From Candidatus Falkowbacteria bacterium RIFOXYC2_FULL_36_12 (lineage in GTDB: Bacteria; Patescibacteriota; Patescibacteriia; UBA11705): DNA of 64,000 nt. A program made the position numbers and the translations under genes. A model generated the notes under the pieces. The model was not told the origin of the DNA. It saw only the letters and a list, made by a program, of their open reading frames with translations, and searched no databases. The stretch covers positions 264,331-328,330 of the forward strand of contig MFGJ01000007.1 of the NCBI GenBank assembly GCA_001778235.1. Reading direction: 5' to 3'. Position 1 is the first letter of the stretch. Each line of letters starts with the position of its first letter. Below are positions 1 through 9,420 of the stretch, one piece after another.

Positions 1-143
1 AATTTATTTTTCTTCAAAACTAAACCAACTGCCCTCGCTGACCTAGGATAACCTGATAAATCAGCGACTATTTTGTAAGTACTGACTTGGCCGATCGGAA
101 TGGCGCTTACAACTGCCAAAACTTGTTGTGCGAATTTCGTCAT
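1..143 (-). CDS. MGMT/Ogt-Atl family alkylated-DNA binding protein (5' part; runs off the window)
   Basis: Manual translation MTKFAQQVLAVVSAIPIGQVSTYKIVADLSGYPRSARAVG matches the IP.G.V.TY..VA...G.P..ARAVG signature; the active-site residue lies outside the window. Confidence 0.85.
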   Translation of the reverse strand, partial: MTKFAQQVLAVVSAIPIGQVSTYKIVADLSGYPRSARAVGLVLKKNK

Positions 144-194
144 ATATATTTCTAAATAAAAAACAGAACTTTAATGGCTCTATTTTTCTAGCAA

Positions 195-494
195 TTATCG
201 TGAGAAAAGAGATTTTATTATATCTGGGTCAACTGCACTGGTACTGCCATTTTTTAGATTTTCAATTTGGTCAAAAATTGCTTGATAAGAACCAAGGAAA
301 TTTTTTATAGCAGCCGGGAGATAAATTATGGCTAAAATTATCGGCAAAACGATTAAAGCAGTTTTTACAATATTCAAAACTTTTAACCACAAAATATATT
401 TCTGAATCTTCTCTGTATTAGCCAAATTCTTGCGGGTTAATTCAAGATTTTGACGGACTAATTGTTCTAAACGATTGAAGCCCTCCTGAGGCAT
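195..494 (-). CDS. Hypothetical single-TM membrane protein
   Basis: ORF 195..566, likely start MPQEG at 494; coiled-coil then hydrophobic helix LIVLPIILAIIYL. Confidence 0.6.
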   Translation of the reverse strand: MPQEGFNRLEQLVRQNLELTRKNLANTEKIQKYILWLKVLNIVKTALIVLPIILAIIYLPAAIKNFLGSYQAIFDQIENLKNGSTSAVDPDIIKSLFSR

Positions 495-538
495 AAAGAT
501 AAAATTTAAATGTAAATTAAAATCTGATGGTAAAATTT

Positions 539-1234
539 TTATCGAACTTTGCAGACCTTGAACCAACCTTTGATTTGACTGCGGATATCTTCCAATTCTT
601 TTTTACTATAAGTTTTTTTGTTGGTAAATTCTGGGTTGACTAAATTGGCAGCTGATTTGAATTGTTGGAGATGATAAGAGTCAGCGCCTTTGACCTGACG
701 AGCCATTTGAATAATATCAGCAGAAGAATGCAATTCAGGCAAAACTGTTGAACGAAATTCATGCGGAAGACCACTACTTGTTATTATTTTAGCACTTTGC
801 TGGATTTTCGCCAAATCAACTTTGCGACCAACGACTAATTCATACTTTGACCAAGGAGCTTTTATGTCCATAGCAAAGAAATCAACCAATCCTAACTCAA
901 TTAATTTTTGCAAAACCTCTGGTCCACTACCATTGGTATCCAGTTTTATGCTGTAACCGAGAGATTTTACTTCTTTTATAAAAGGAATCAAATCTTTTTG
1001 TAGCGTGGGTTCACCACCAGTGATACAAACAGCATCAATCAACTTGGTTCGAGCACGAAGAAAATTTAAAACTTTTTCCTCAAATTTCTGGTAAGCAGGA
1101 TTCTGCTTCAAGGTAACTAACTCTGGATTGTGACAAAAATGACAACGAAAACCACAACCGACCGTAAAGATGGTGGCGGCTATCTTCCCTGGATAATCAA
1201 TCAGGGTCATTTTTTGTAATCCGCCGATTAACAT
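539..1234 (-). CDS. nrdG: Anaerobic ribonucleotide reductase activating enzyme (radical SAM)
   Basis: CxxxCxxC (CGFRCHFC), TGGEPT, LDTNG motifs; downstream of nrdD. Confidence 0.93.
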   Translation of the reverse strand: MLIGGLQKMTLIDYPGKIAATIFTVGCGFRCHFCHNPELVTLKQNPAYQKFEEKVLNFLRARTKLIDAVCITGGEPTLQKDLIPFIKEVKSLGYSIKLDTNGSGPEVLQKLIELGLVDFFAMDIKAPWSKYELVVGRKVDLAKIQQSAKIITSSGLPHEFRSTVLPELHSSADIIQMARQVKGADSYHLQQFKSAANLVNPEFTNKKTYSKKELEDIRSQIKGWFKVCKVR

Positions 1235-1242
1235 ATAAGAAT

Positions 1243-1321
1243 AAAGCGAGTAAAGCGAGTACAGCGAGAACAGCCCGCCTACGCTAAAGCTATGGCGGGT
1301 AAACGAGAACAGCGAGAACAG
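1243..1321. repeat. 9-bp tandem array (AGCGAGWAH-like) interrupted by a 30-bp hairpin element
   Basis: aaagcgagt aaagcgagt acagcgaga acag[insert 1274-1303]cgagaac agcgagaac. Confidence 0.85.
1274..1303 (+). mobile_element. 30-bp palindromic insertion element
   Basis: cccgcctacgctaaagctatggcgggtaaa; removing it restores the 9-bp array phase (cag|cgag). Confidence 0.7.
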
Positions 1322-1348
1322 TTAGTGCTTGTATTGCTCGGGCTGACT

Positions 1349-1382
1349 AAATTCCCCCGACTCTGAAGGTCGAGGGAATTTT
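1349..1382. terminator. Stem-loop between the small nrdD ORF and nrdG
   Basis: aaattccc-cgac...gtcg-gggaattt inverted repeat. Confidence 0.4.
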
Positions 1383-1408
1383 ATATTAAGAAATTCAGTT
1401 ATAAATTT

Positions 1409-1561
1409 TTATTCCTCACTTACAGTGAGCATTTGATTGAACTCTTGGCGGTCATTCCATTCGGCTTTTTTCCCTTTATTCCAACGATTTACCGGACTTA
1501 GGTAGCCGACTACTCTAGAATAAATTTCACATTTCTGTCGTTCTAGTTTTTTTGATGTCAT
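1409..1561 (-). CDS. nrdD: Stand-alone glycyl-radical domain of class III RNR (split NrdD C-terminus), 50 aa
   Basis: MTSKKLERQKCEIYSRVVGYLSPVNRWNKGKKAEWNDRQEF...; YSRVVGYL and WNKGK..E..DR motifs; GGAGGGAGG SD upstream; absent from the ORF track (<60 aa). Confidence 0.92.
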   Translation of the reverse strand: MTSKKLERQKCEIYSRVVGYLSPVNRWNKGKKAEWNDRQEFNQMLTVSEE

Positions 1562-1675
1562 AATATTACGACCTCCCTCCAAGAATAACCTCTTGTTATA
1601 AATTTTTGGGATTTTTATTTTTATTTATTAGTACCTATATTTTATAACTTTTTTTACATTATGTTAAACCAATAT

Positions 1676-1684
1676 TTATCCACA
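1676..1684. promoter_or_regulatory. DnaA box
   Basis: Perfect TTATCCACA upstream of the small nrdD ORF. Confidence 0.45.
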
Positions 1685-1687
1685 AAA

Positions 1688-3751
1688 TTAGTTTTCTGAA
1701 GCTTTAGCCAAAACATCCGAGCCAGCCTCAATATAACCCATTTCCTCATCACAACGAGGACAATATTCATGCTCGCCAGAGATATAACCATGAACCGGGC
1801 AAATACTAAATGTTGGAGTTATGGTGAAGTATGGCAGACGAAAATTTTCAGCAATTTTCTTGACCAAAGATTTTGTTGAGCCAATTGATGGCATTTTTTC
1901 TCCAACAAAACCATGAAGAACCGTACCGCCTGTATAACGAGTTTGCAAATCATCCTGAAGTCGAAGAGCTTCAAAAATATCATCGGTATAGCCAACTGGA
2001 AGCTGGGAAGAATTGGTATAATAAGGATCAGCTCCTTTTTCAACATAATCTTTTTCATTGGCAACAATAATCTCTGGGTATTTGCTTTTATCAATCTTGG
2101 CAAAACGATATGAAGTACCTTCGGCAGGAGTAGCTTCGAGATTAAACAACTGATTGGTTTCATTTTGGTAATCCATAAGTCTCTCTCGCATAAAATCAAG
2201 GGTCTGACGAGCGAATTTATGACCTTCAACAGTGGTGATATCTTGACCGAGTAAATTAATTGAAGCTTCATTCATACCATTGAGACCAATAGTATTGAAA
2301 TGGTTTTTCCAATATTCACCAAATCTTTCATGGATTGTGCTTAAATAAAATTTACTATAAGGATACAAACCACCTTTGGTGAATTCTTCAAGCGCTTTTC
2401 GCTTTATTTCAAGACTTTGTTTGGCTAAATCCATTAATTCAGCGATACGAGCAAAATATTCTTCTTTATCTTTGGCAATAAAGCCGATCCTTGGCAAATT
2501 AATTGTGACAACACCAATTGAACCGGTCAAAGGATTTGCGCCAAAGAGTCCGCCGCCACGCTTTCTAAGTTCTCGGTTGTCCAAACGCAAACGACAACAC
2601 ATACTACGAGCATCGTCTGGACTCATATCTGAATTTATAAAATTTGAAAAATATGGAATACCGTATTTGGCAGTCATGCCCATAATCTGATCAATAATCG
2701 GATTGTCCCAATCCCAGGTGCTGGTTACATTGTAAGTTGGAATCGGCCAGCTAAGTACACGGCCACTTTTGTCACCTTCGGTCATGACTTCAATAAAGGC
2801 CTTGTTGAACATATCCATTTCTTGTTGATATTCACCGTACTTTTCCTTTTGCGGTTGGCCTCCAATAATTACTGATTCATTGGCCAATATACTTGGGACA
2901 AAAAGATCAAGCGTAACATTGGTAAAAGGTGTTTGAAAACCGACTCTAGTAGGAACATTAATATTATACAAAAACATCTGTACCTGCTGTTTTACACTTT
3001 CAAAATCCAACTTATCATAACGGATAAACGGCGCAACTAAAGTATCAAGCGAGGAAACTGCTTGGGCACCGGCTGCCTCACCCTGAAGGGTATAAAAGAA
3101 ATTTACCAATTGGCTCAAGGCAGTAGCAAAATGCTTTGGTGGTTTACTCTGGACTTTACCCTGAACACCACCAAAACCACGAAGCAAAATATCCTTGAAA
3201 TCCCAGCCACAACAGTATGGTGCAAGTAGTTGTAAATCATGGATATGAAAATCACCGCTAACATGTGTATCTTTTATATTTGGTGGATAAACTTTGTTGA
3301 GCCAATAATGTGAACTGACTGTGGAGGCAACATAGTTATTTAATCCCTGTAAAGAATAATCCATGTTGGAATTTTCTTTTACCCGCCAATCATTTAATTT
3401 CAAATAATCTTCCATCAGCTGATCAGAATTGATCATGGCATCTAAATCACGAATTTTTGCATGCTGGTCGCGATAAATGATATAAGCTTTGGCTGCCTGA
3501 ATAAATTTTTGTTCAATTAGACAGTTTTCAACCATGTCTTGAATTTCTTCAACTGCTGGGATTGTTCGTTCATGAAACTTTTCATTTATCCTTTTCATGA
3601 CAATGTCTGAAATGTTCTCTGCGTCTTCTTGGGTCCCAGTCTCGGTAGCTTGCAAGGCCTTGAAAATAGCTTTGGTTATTTTTTCCTGTTCAAAATCCAC
3701 AATACGGCCATCGCGCTTGCGAATTTGGATGATTTTGTTTCCTGCGTACAT
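1688..3751 (-). CDS. nrdD: Anaerobic (class III) ribonucleoside-triphosphate reductase large subunit with N-terminal ATP cone, lacking the glycyl-radical motif
   Basis: IRKRDGR ATP cone, HIHDL, PYCCGW, SMCCRL, ATPAE, YTGGT, CPVHG...CPRC; ends without RVxGY. Confidence 0.95.
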   Translation of the reverse strand: MYAGNKIIQIRKRDGRIVDFEQEKITKAIFKALQATETGTQEDAENISDIVMKRINEKFHERTIPAVEEIQDMVENCLIEQKFIQAAKAYIIYRDQHAKIRDLDAMINSDQLMEDYLKLNDWRVKENSNMDYSLQGLNNYVASTVSSHYWLNKVYPPNIKDTHVSGDFHIHDLQLLAPYCCGWDFKDILLRGFGGVQGKVQSKPPKHFATALSQLVNFFYTLQGEAAGAQAVSSLDTLVAPFIRYDKLDFESVKQQVQMFLYNINVPTRVGFQTPFTNVTLDLFVPSILANESVIIGGQPQKEKYGEYQQEMDMFNKAFIEVMTEGDKSGRVLSWPIPTYNVTSTWDWDNPIIDQIMGMTAKYGIPYFSNFINSDMSPDDARSMCCRLRLDNRELRKRGGGLFGANPLTGSIGVVTINLPRIGFIAKDKEEYFARIAELMDLAKQSLEIKRKALEEFTKGGLYPYSKFYLSTIHERFGEYWKNHFNTIGLNGMNEASINLLGQDITTVEGHKFARQTLDFMRERLMDYQNETNQLFNLEATPAEGTSYRFAKIDKSKYPEIIVANEKDYVEKGADPYYTNSSQLPVGYTDDIFEALRLQDDLQTRYTGGTVLHGFVGEKMPSIGSTKSLVKKIAENFRLPYFTITPTFSICPVHGYISGEHEYCPRCDEEMGYIEAGSDVLAKASEN

Positions 3752-3836
3752 AGGGAAAGATATTAGTTAATAGTTGAGAGTTGTGTGTTGAAAGTTGAAA
3801 GATTATAGATTAGAGAATGGGGATGCGAAAATGGAG

Positions 3837-4307
3837 CTAATTGTTTTTGTTGATTTTAGCCAACTCTGATTCAAACTCTTCAGCATCTTTGAAAGATTTA
3901 TAAACTGAAGCAAAACGGATATAAGCGACCTGATCGACTCTTTTCAATTGCTCCATGGCAATCTCACCAATTCTTTGGCTGGAAATTTCAGAGTTGTTTT
4001 TGTTTTTTTTAACTTCAATTTGAATTTCTCTTTCAATATTATTAATCAGTTTTTTTATTTCATTGTCCATGATTGATCTTTTCTCAAGAGAACGGCAAAT
4101 ACCTTTTTCTAATTTAGCTCTAGAATATGCTTCTCTTTGTCCGCTTCTTTTTCTAACCATGAGATCAAGCAACTCAACTGCTTCATAAGTTGAAAAACGA
4201 AAACCGCACTTGCAACATTCACGACGACGACGAATAGCTAGATCATCTGAAGCAGAACGAGAATCAAGTACCTTTGTCTCTGGATTGTAACAAACTGGAC
4301 ACTTCAT
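3837..4307 (-). CDS. nrdR: Transcriptional repressor NrdR
   Basis: MKCPVC...IRRRRECCKCGFRFSTYE zinc ribbon, ATP cone, VAYIRFASVY. Confidence 0.96.
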   Translation of the reverse strand: MKCPVCYNPETKVLDSRSASDDLAIRRRRECCKCGFRFSTYEAVELLDLMVRKRSGQREAYSRAKLEKGICRSLEKRSIMDNEIKKLINNIEREIQIEVKKNKNNSEISSQRIGEIAMEQLKRVDQVAYIRFASVYKSFKDAEEFESELAKINKNN

Positions 4308-4312
4308 GGGAT

Positions 4313-4328
4313 TAACTATATTTAGTAT
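4313..4328. promoter_or_regulatory. Putative NrdR box
   Basis: taaCTATATTTAGtat resembles acaCwAtATaTwGtgt, just upstream of the nrdR start; weaker half-match near 4345-4360. Confidence 0.45.
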
Positions 4329-4439
4329 ATTCAATAACAATTTTACCACAATATGTGCTTTACTCCAAAGTTTAAATACTTTTATAAAAATGATGTTAAA
4401 CTAAAATAAATATTTGTGTCGGGAAATATAAAGTGATTG

Positions 4440-4448
4440 TTATCCACA
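4440..4448. promoter_or_regulatory. DnaA box
   Basis: Perfect TTATCCACA upstream of the nrdR-nrdD operon. Confidence 0.45.
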
Positions 4449-4514
4449 GAATTTTGTTGTAGTATTTTTGGTTAGTAAAATTATTGTTTCAGCAAAGCTG
4501 TTACTTTTTGACAT

Positions 4515-4563
4515 CCTGCCTACCCTGCCTACCCTGCCTACCGGCAGGCAGGTGGCAGGCAGG
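4515..4563. repeat. Self-nested 20-bp palindromic elements (CCTGCCTACCGGCAGGCAGG)
   Basis: cctgcctac cctgcctac[cctgcctaccggcaggcagg]tggcaggcagg. Confidence 0.85.
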
Positions 4564-4817
4564 CCCCGAGGCTTACCGTGTTCGTGGGGTTGTTGTATTG
4601 CTAAAGTAAGTTTTTTGAGATTGTGTGATTCTTTCGCTTTGCGAGCTACTTTTGACACCAAAAGTAGCCAAAAGTGCTGGGGGGATTCAATGCGAATTGC
4701 ATTGTTCATCCCTAGTGCATTGATTACCCGCAGAATCCCCCCAGACCCCTATGCTTGGCATATTTGTGGGATTTGATATTAAAGTTAGTGATTGGTTTTG
4801 CTAAAGCACGCCCCAGA

Positions 4818-4847
4818 CCTGCCTTCATCAAGATTACGGCAGGCAAG
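4818..4847 (+). mobile_element. 30-bp palindromic insertion element (identical copies at 63466 and 63571)
   Basis: cctgccttcatcaagattacggcaggcaag within ccccaga|cccc; the empty site ccccagacccc occurs at 4739-4749. Confidence 0.75.
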
Positions 4848-4950
4848 CCCCGAGGAATATCATTCTTGATATTTTTGGATTTGGAGATTTGGCATAAGTG
4901 AATGGGCACAAGTTTTTTAAAAAACAAAAAACTGAGAAATATTATCCCAG

Positions 4951-5772
4951 TTAGATTAGAATTAGAGGAGCGATTTCTGCTCGATCAAGAATTTGAATGT
5001 TGCCATTATCAAAGGTATAGGCTACATGAACTCTGTTATCTGAACCAGGTACAGGGTTTGGAGAACTTTGGGTAATGACATCTTTTCTTTCATAAACAAT
5101 TTCCCAGCTATTTTTGATAGCCATTTGATACAAAACAGCATTAGGATTAAAGCAAATTGACAGACCAATACATGAGGCGCCAAGCATAGCTCTATCACTT
5201 TCAGTATCACCCACTGCCCAAATATTGCACTTTGGAATTTTATCTTCAGAATTAATTTCAGCTAGAACTCGTGTAACAAAATCAGCTTTACGAGAATTGA
5301 AGACTACATCCCTTACTCCTGAATAAAAACCATCTTTTACTTCCATAGTGGTACCATAGGCTCTATTTGCTCCCCACTTATCGGCAAACAATTTCACTGC
5401 ATACTCTGGTGAGGCACTAATAAAACAAATGTACCACCCAGCAGCTTGTTTACGCTGAAGCAATTCACGAGTAAAGCGATAAACCCGATTGTGGTACTTT
5501 TCTACCACTTGACCAAGAACAGCTTCAACCGCTGACTGATTCAATCCCTTAAGATTGCTTTCAAGCAATTGGATAGCATAGCTAAGATAGTTATCAAAAG
5601 TATCCTGACGGTTTTCCCAGAGTTTACGATAGTTATCAAGAACATGACGATATTTATCATTCAGAATGCCAGTATTTAGCATGGCATAAACCCAATCGAG
5701 GAAAATCTGCCAACGATAGAGTGTACCATCGATATCAAAGAAAATCACTCCCTTGTATTGAGATTTTCTCAT
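4951..5772 (-). CDS. HAD-IB family hydrolase (phosphoserine phosphatase-like)
   Basis: FFDIDGTL motif I, ISAS motif II, K, GDTESD motif IV. Confidence 0.88.
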   Translation of the reverse strand: MRKSQYKGVIFFDIDGTLYRWQIFLDWVYAMLNTGILNDKYRHVLDNYRKLWENRQDTFDNYLSYAIQLLESNLKGLNQSAVEAVLGQVVEKYHNRVYRFTRELLQRKQAAGWYICFISASPEYAVKLFADKWGANRAYGTTMEVKDGFYSGVRDVVFNSRKADFVTRVLAEINSEDKIPKCNIWAVGDTESDRAMLGASCIGLSICFNPNAVLYQMAIKNSWEIVYERKDVITQSSPNPVPGSDNRVHVAYTFDNGNIQILDRAEIAPLILI

Positions 5773-5985
5773 GCTTTCCGCCCCCTGTCGGTCGTCTGTT
5801 TTTCAGAAAGGAACTATGGATACTACTCAACTTGCGAAATCATTTTTAGGATAAAATTGACTGATTCAGAAATACTGATTTTGGGGACGATGAATATATT
5901 TCTTAGCATAGATAAGTAATTTTGTCAAAGCAAAACCAGCGAACTGCTTCGCTGATTTTTATTTTTAATTTTACTATAATCTTTC

Positions 5986-7215
5986 TCACATCATTTTCTT
6001 CCGAATAAATGCGGGGATATCCAATTCATCATCATCAGAATCTGTGCTCTCTGGTTCACGCTGAATAGGTTTAGCAGATGGTCGAACTTGACTAGGCTCG
6101 CGCATTGAGCGAGAAGAAGAAACCGGAACTTCGCTAATAGCTGGTGCAGAAAAAGGATTATTGGTAACATCATCATCATGTTTGACATCATCGTCTTCGG
6201 GCCTTGCTTGGAAATAATTTACGGGTTCGTGATTTACCTTTAATAAATTGTCTTTGGTAATTTTCTCATCAAAACCTGTGGCAACAACTGTAATTTTTAT
6301 ATTATCTTTTAATTTTTCATCGTTGACTGCACCAAAAATAATCTTGGCATCTGGATCAACTGATTCAGTAATTATTTTGGCAGCTTCACTAACTTCATAC
6401 ATGGTTAGATTTTCACCACCTGCGATTGTAAACAATATTCCTTTTGCGCCTTCAACGGAAATTTCAAGTAGTGGACTAGAAACGGCTGCCTTAGCGGCTT
6501 CAATCGCGCGATTATCGCCAGATGCTATCCCCATACCCATAAGCGCTGAACCACTAGATTTCATGATTGCTCGCACATCGGCAAAATCGACATTAATCAA
6601 ACCCGGTAAAGTAATCAACTCGGAAATACCCTGGACCCCCTGACGCAATACTTCATCAACAACTCTAAAGGCTTCAATAAGTGGGGTTTTTTTATCAATA
6701 ATCTGCCAGATTCGATCATTTGGAATTGTTATCAGGGTATCAACCTTGCTACTAAGATCTTTCAACCCCTCTTCGGCAATACGCCGTCTTGGACCACCCT
6801 CAAAAGAAAATGGTTTGGTAACAACGGCAATAGTTAAAATACCCATTTCGCGTGAAATTTCAGCAATAACAGGAGAAACTCCAGTACCTGTGCCTCCACC
6901 CAAACCACAAGTAATGAAAAGTAAATCCGTACCTTTTAGCATTTCCCTGATTTCATTTTGAGACTCTTCAGCTGATTTTCGGCCAAGTGATGGATCCATA
7001 CCTGCGCCCAAACCGCGTGTAGTAGTGCGACCAACATGAATTTTCTGTTGAGCCAGACTGTTTTGCAGGGCCTGGAGATCAGTATTGACAGCGATATACT
7101 CAACACCCTTGACCTCTGATGCGATCATACGATTTATTGCCGCTCCCCCTCCACCACCGACACCAACTACTTTTATTTTGGCAAAGGTTTCTATTTCCGG
7201 TTTAAATTCTGGCAT
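5986..7215 (-). CDS. ftsZ: Cell division protein FtsZ
   Basis: GGGTGTG tubulin signature, NVDFADV, C-terminal LDIPAFIRK. Confidence 0.98.
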   Translation of the reverse strand: MPEFKPEIETFAKIKVVGVGGGGGAAINRMIASEVKGVEYIAVNTDLQALQNSLAQQKIHVGRTTTRGLGAGMDPSLGRKSAEESQNEIREMLKGTDLLFITCGLGGGTGTGVSPVIAEISREMGILTIAVVTKPFSFEGGPRRRIAEEGLKDLSSKVDTLITIPNDRIWQIIDKKTPLIEAFRVVDEVLRQGVQGISELITLPGLINVDFADVRAIMKSSGSALMGMGIASGDNRAIEAAKAAVSSPLLEISVEGAKGILFTIAGGENLTMYEVSEAAKIITESVDPDAKIIFGAVNDEKLKDNIKITVVATGFDEKITKDNLLKVNHEPVNYFQARPEDDDVKHDDDVTNNPFSAPAISEVPVSSSRSMREPSQVRPSAKPIQREPESTDSDDDELDIPAFIRKKMM

Positions 7216-7272
7216 ATTATTTGATTAAGATTAAAACCCCTCCGCCTAAATTATGTAATTTTATAAATTTTA

Positions 7273-8523
7273 TTATGAAATTAAAGATTTGAACCATTTT
7301 TTTGCTCCAGAAACAACATCTTTCATTGAACTAAGTTTTCCGCTAAGATCAAATTTGCTCTTACCTTTTTGGTCAAGCATTTGGTAACCCCAGAGGACTA
7401 AACCAAGCGGATTGACAAAGGAAACATCATTGACCTTATCTATGGCTGTTTGGAAACTTTGAACGCTGCCAACTGAAACAGGCAACATTGTTTTTCTCTT
7501 GGCAATTTCATTAATTCCTTTTAATTTTGCGCCACCGCCAACTAGAACTATTCCAGCCGGCAATAACCCTGCTCGACCAATTTTCTGTAACTCATTATCA
7601 ATTTTCTCAAAAATTTCTTCTGCCCGCGCCATTATTATCTCGGTAATATATCTTCTGCTAAATTTTTGGTCGTCACCACCTAAATCTTTTAAATTTATTT
7701 CATCTGTTTTTTCTATCCCATCAAAATTTGCCTGACCAAATTCCAGTTTGACTCTCTCGGCAACTTCAACTGATGTCTGCAAACCAATAGCCAAATCAGC
7801 TGTAATGTGATCAGAGCCAATGGGAAGAACTATAGAATGGATAACATCACCTTCTTCAAAAACCAATAAGTTGGAGGTGGAAGCGCCAATATCTACCAAA
7901 GCTACACCTAATTCTTTTTGTCGAACTGACAAAACTGCTTCTGAAGCGGCGAGCATTGATAAAACTAAATCATTTATATCCAAACCTGTACGATAAACAC
8001 ACTTGGTTAAATTTTTAATCTGGGAACTAAGGCCTCGGATAACTTGGGTTGTAACTTCAAGGCGTATCCCGGTCATGCCGATAGGATCCTTTATTCCAGC
8101 CTGACTATCAACAGAAAATGTTTTTGGTATTACATGAAGAACCTCATGATTTACTGGTGCAGCAACTGAACGAGCGGCATCGATTACACGCTCAATATCA
8201 TCTTCCTGAATTTCACCATTGGTTCGTGAAATAGCAATCACGCCATTGCTTTCCTGCGATGAAATATGAGTACCACCAATACTCACCCAGACATTTTCAA
8301 TTGGCAAACCAATCATTCGTTCAGCTTTTTCAAGACAAGTGGAAATACTGGAAACAGCGTCCTCAATGCTAACAATAGAACCCTTACTTATGCCTGCAGA
8401 GGGAACTTCAACTACGCCAATTATATTCAATTGTTGATTTTCCTGGCCACGCGCATATTGTCCTATGACAATTCTAATATTAGCAGAACCAATATCCAAG
8501 CCAGCGATTATTTCGTCAGACAT
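7273..8523 (-). CDS. ftsA: Cell division protein FtsA
   Basis: GLDIGS, DPIGMTG, VDIGAS, VGGGA motifs; directly upstream of ftsZ. Confidence 0.97.
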   Translation of the reverse strand: MSDEIIAGLDIGSANIRIVIGQYARGQENQQLNIIGVVEVPSAGISKGSIVSIEDAVSSISTCLEKAERMIGLPIENVWVSIGGTHISSQESNGVIAISRTNGEIQEDDIERVIDAARSVAAPVNHEVLHVIPKTFSVDSQAGIKDPIGMTGIRLEVTTQVIRGLSSQIKNLTKCVYRTGLDINDLVLSMLAASEAVLSVRQKELGVALVDIGASTSNLLVFEEGDVIHSIVLPIGSDHITADLAIGLQTSVEVAERVKLEFGQANFDGIEKTDEINLKDLGGDDQKFSRRYITEIIMARAEEIFEKIDNELQKIGRAGLLPAGIVLVGGGAKLKGINEIAKRKTMLPVSVGSVQSFQTAIDKVNDVSFVNPLGLVLWGYQMLDQKGKSKFDLSGKLSSMKDVVSGAKKWFKSLIS

Positions 8524-8620
8524 AATTTTACAAACTAGTTTGTGTATTAATAATTATAATGGAAAACTCAATATTTATAAAGGCTGATGAACACTTTTTT
8601 AATTCAGCAGCTAATTATTT

Positions 8621-8983
8621 TTAAAATAATGCAATTATTCTCGGCAAGAAAATCAAAAGACCTATAATTAGTGCTGAAAATGCGGTAATTAGAACAACTG
8701 AAGAAGTGATGTTTTTTATATCGTGAGCGTACAAATGAACTCTTGGTTTCAACATATCCACAAGCCGTTCAAAAACCGTATTCAGCATTTCCAAAACCAG
8801 AACAAATAATATGAGGAGTATTATGATAATCCACTCCCAGACTTTAAGTTCAAAGATAAAGCCCGAAATAATAATTGCTAAAGCAATCAGAAGCTGAATC
8901 CGGAAATTTTGTTCACTGCGGAAAACTGTGTAAAAGCCTTTGAAGGCAAATTTGAAGCTTTTTAACAAGCGATTTAGTTGCAT
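8621..8983 (-). CDS. dgkA: Diacylglycerol/undecaprenol kinase family protein
   Basis: SFKFAFKG...EQNFRI...EMLNTVFERLVD; three TM helices; follows ybeY. Confidence 0.88.
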   Translation of the reverse strand: MQLNRLLKSFKFAFKGFYTVFRSEQNFRIQLLIALAIIISGFIFELKVWEWIIIILLILFVLVLEMLNTVFERLVDMLKPRVHLYAHDIKNITSSVVLITAFSALIIGLLIFLPRIIALF

Positions 8984-8991
8984 AAAAAAAT

Positions 8992-9417
8992 TTAATAAAT
9001 CTGATTTAATATTTTTTGTTCAAGCGTCTCCATCATCTCTGCTTCAGCTTTTTTTAGGTGGTCATAGCCGAATAAATGAAGCAACCCATGTAGATATAAT
9101 GTAATAAATTCTTGCTGAACTGAATGTTTTTTTTCTTTTGCTTGTTTTTTGGCCTGAACAAGGCAAATCAAAATTTCTCCTATAAAAATCGCTTTATTAA
9201 TTTTGTCATTGTCTTCAAATGACAAAACATCGGTGACATAATCCTTTTTCCGATATATTCGATTGAATTGTCTTATTTTAGCCGGGGAAACAATAGCAAG
9301 AGAAAGGTTGAAATTTCCTTTCAATGATAATTTCTTCTGGACAATTTTATTAATTTTTTCAACTAGCTTTTTGGGATAAACAAAAACAACTTGTTTATTC
9401 AACTCAACAATAATCAT
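8992..9417 (-). CDS. ybeY: rRNA maturation RNase YbeY
   Basis: TDVLSF and HGLLHLFGYDH motifs. Confidence 0.95.
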   Translation of the reverse strand: MIIVELNKQVVFVYPKKLVEKINKIVQKKLSLKGNFNLSLAIVSPAKIRQFNRIYRKKDYVTDVLSFEDNDKINKAIFIGEILICLVQAKKQAKEKKHSVQQEFITLYLHGLLHLFGYDHLKKAEAEMMETLEQKILNQIY

Positions 9418-9420
9418 ATA

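Noticed and set aside
4440..4927. ORFs 4440-4709, 4468-4776 and 4724-4927
   Set aside because: Chance frames through palindromic repeats (LPTGRQ/CLPVGR translations) with no protein features
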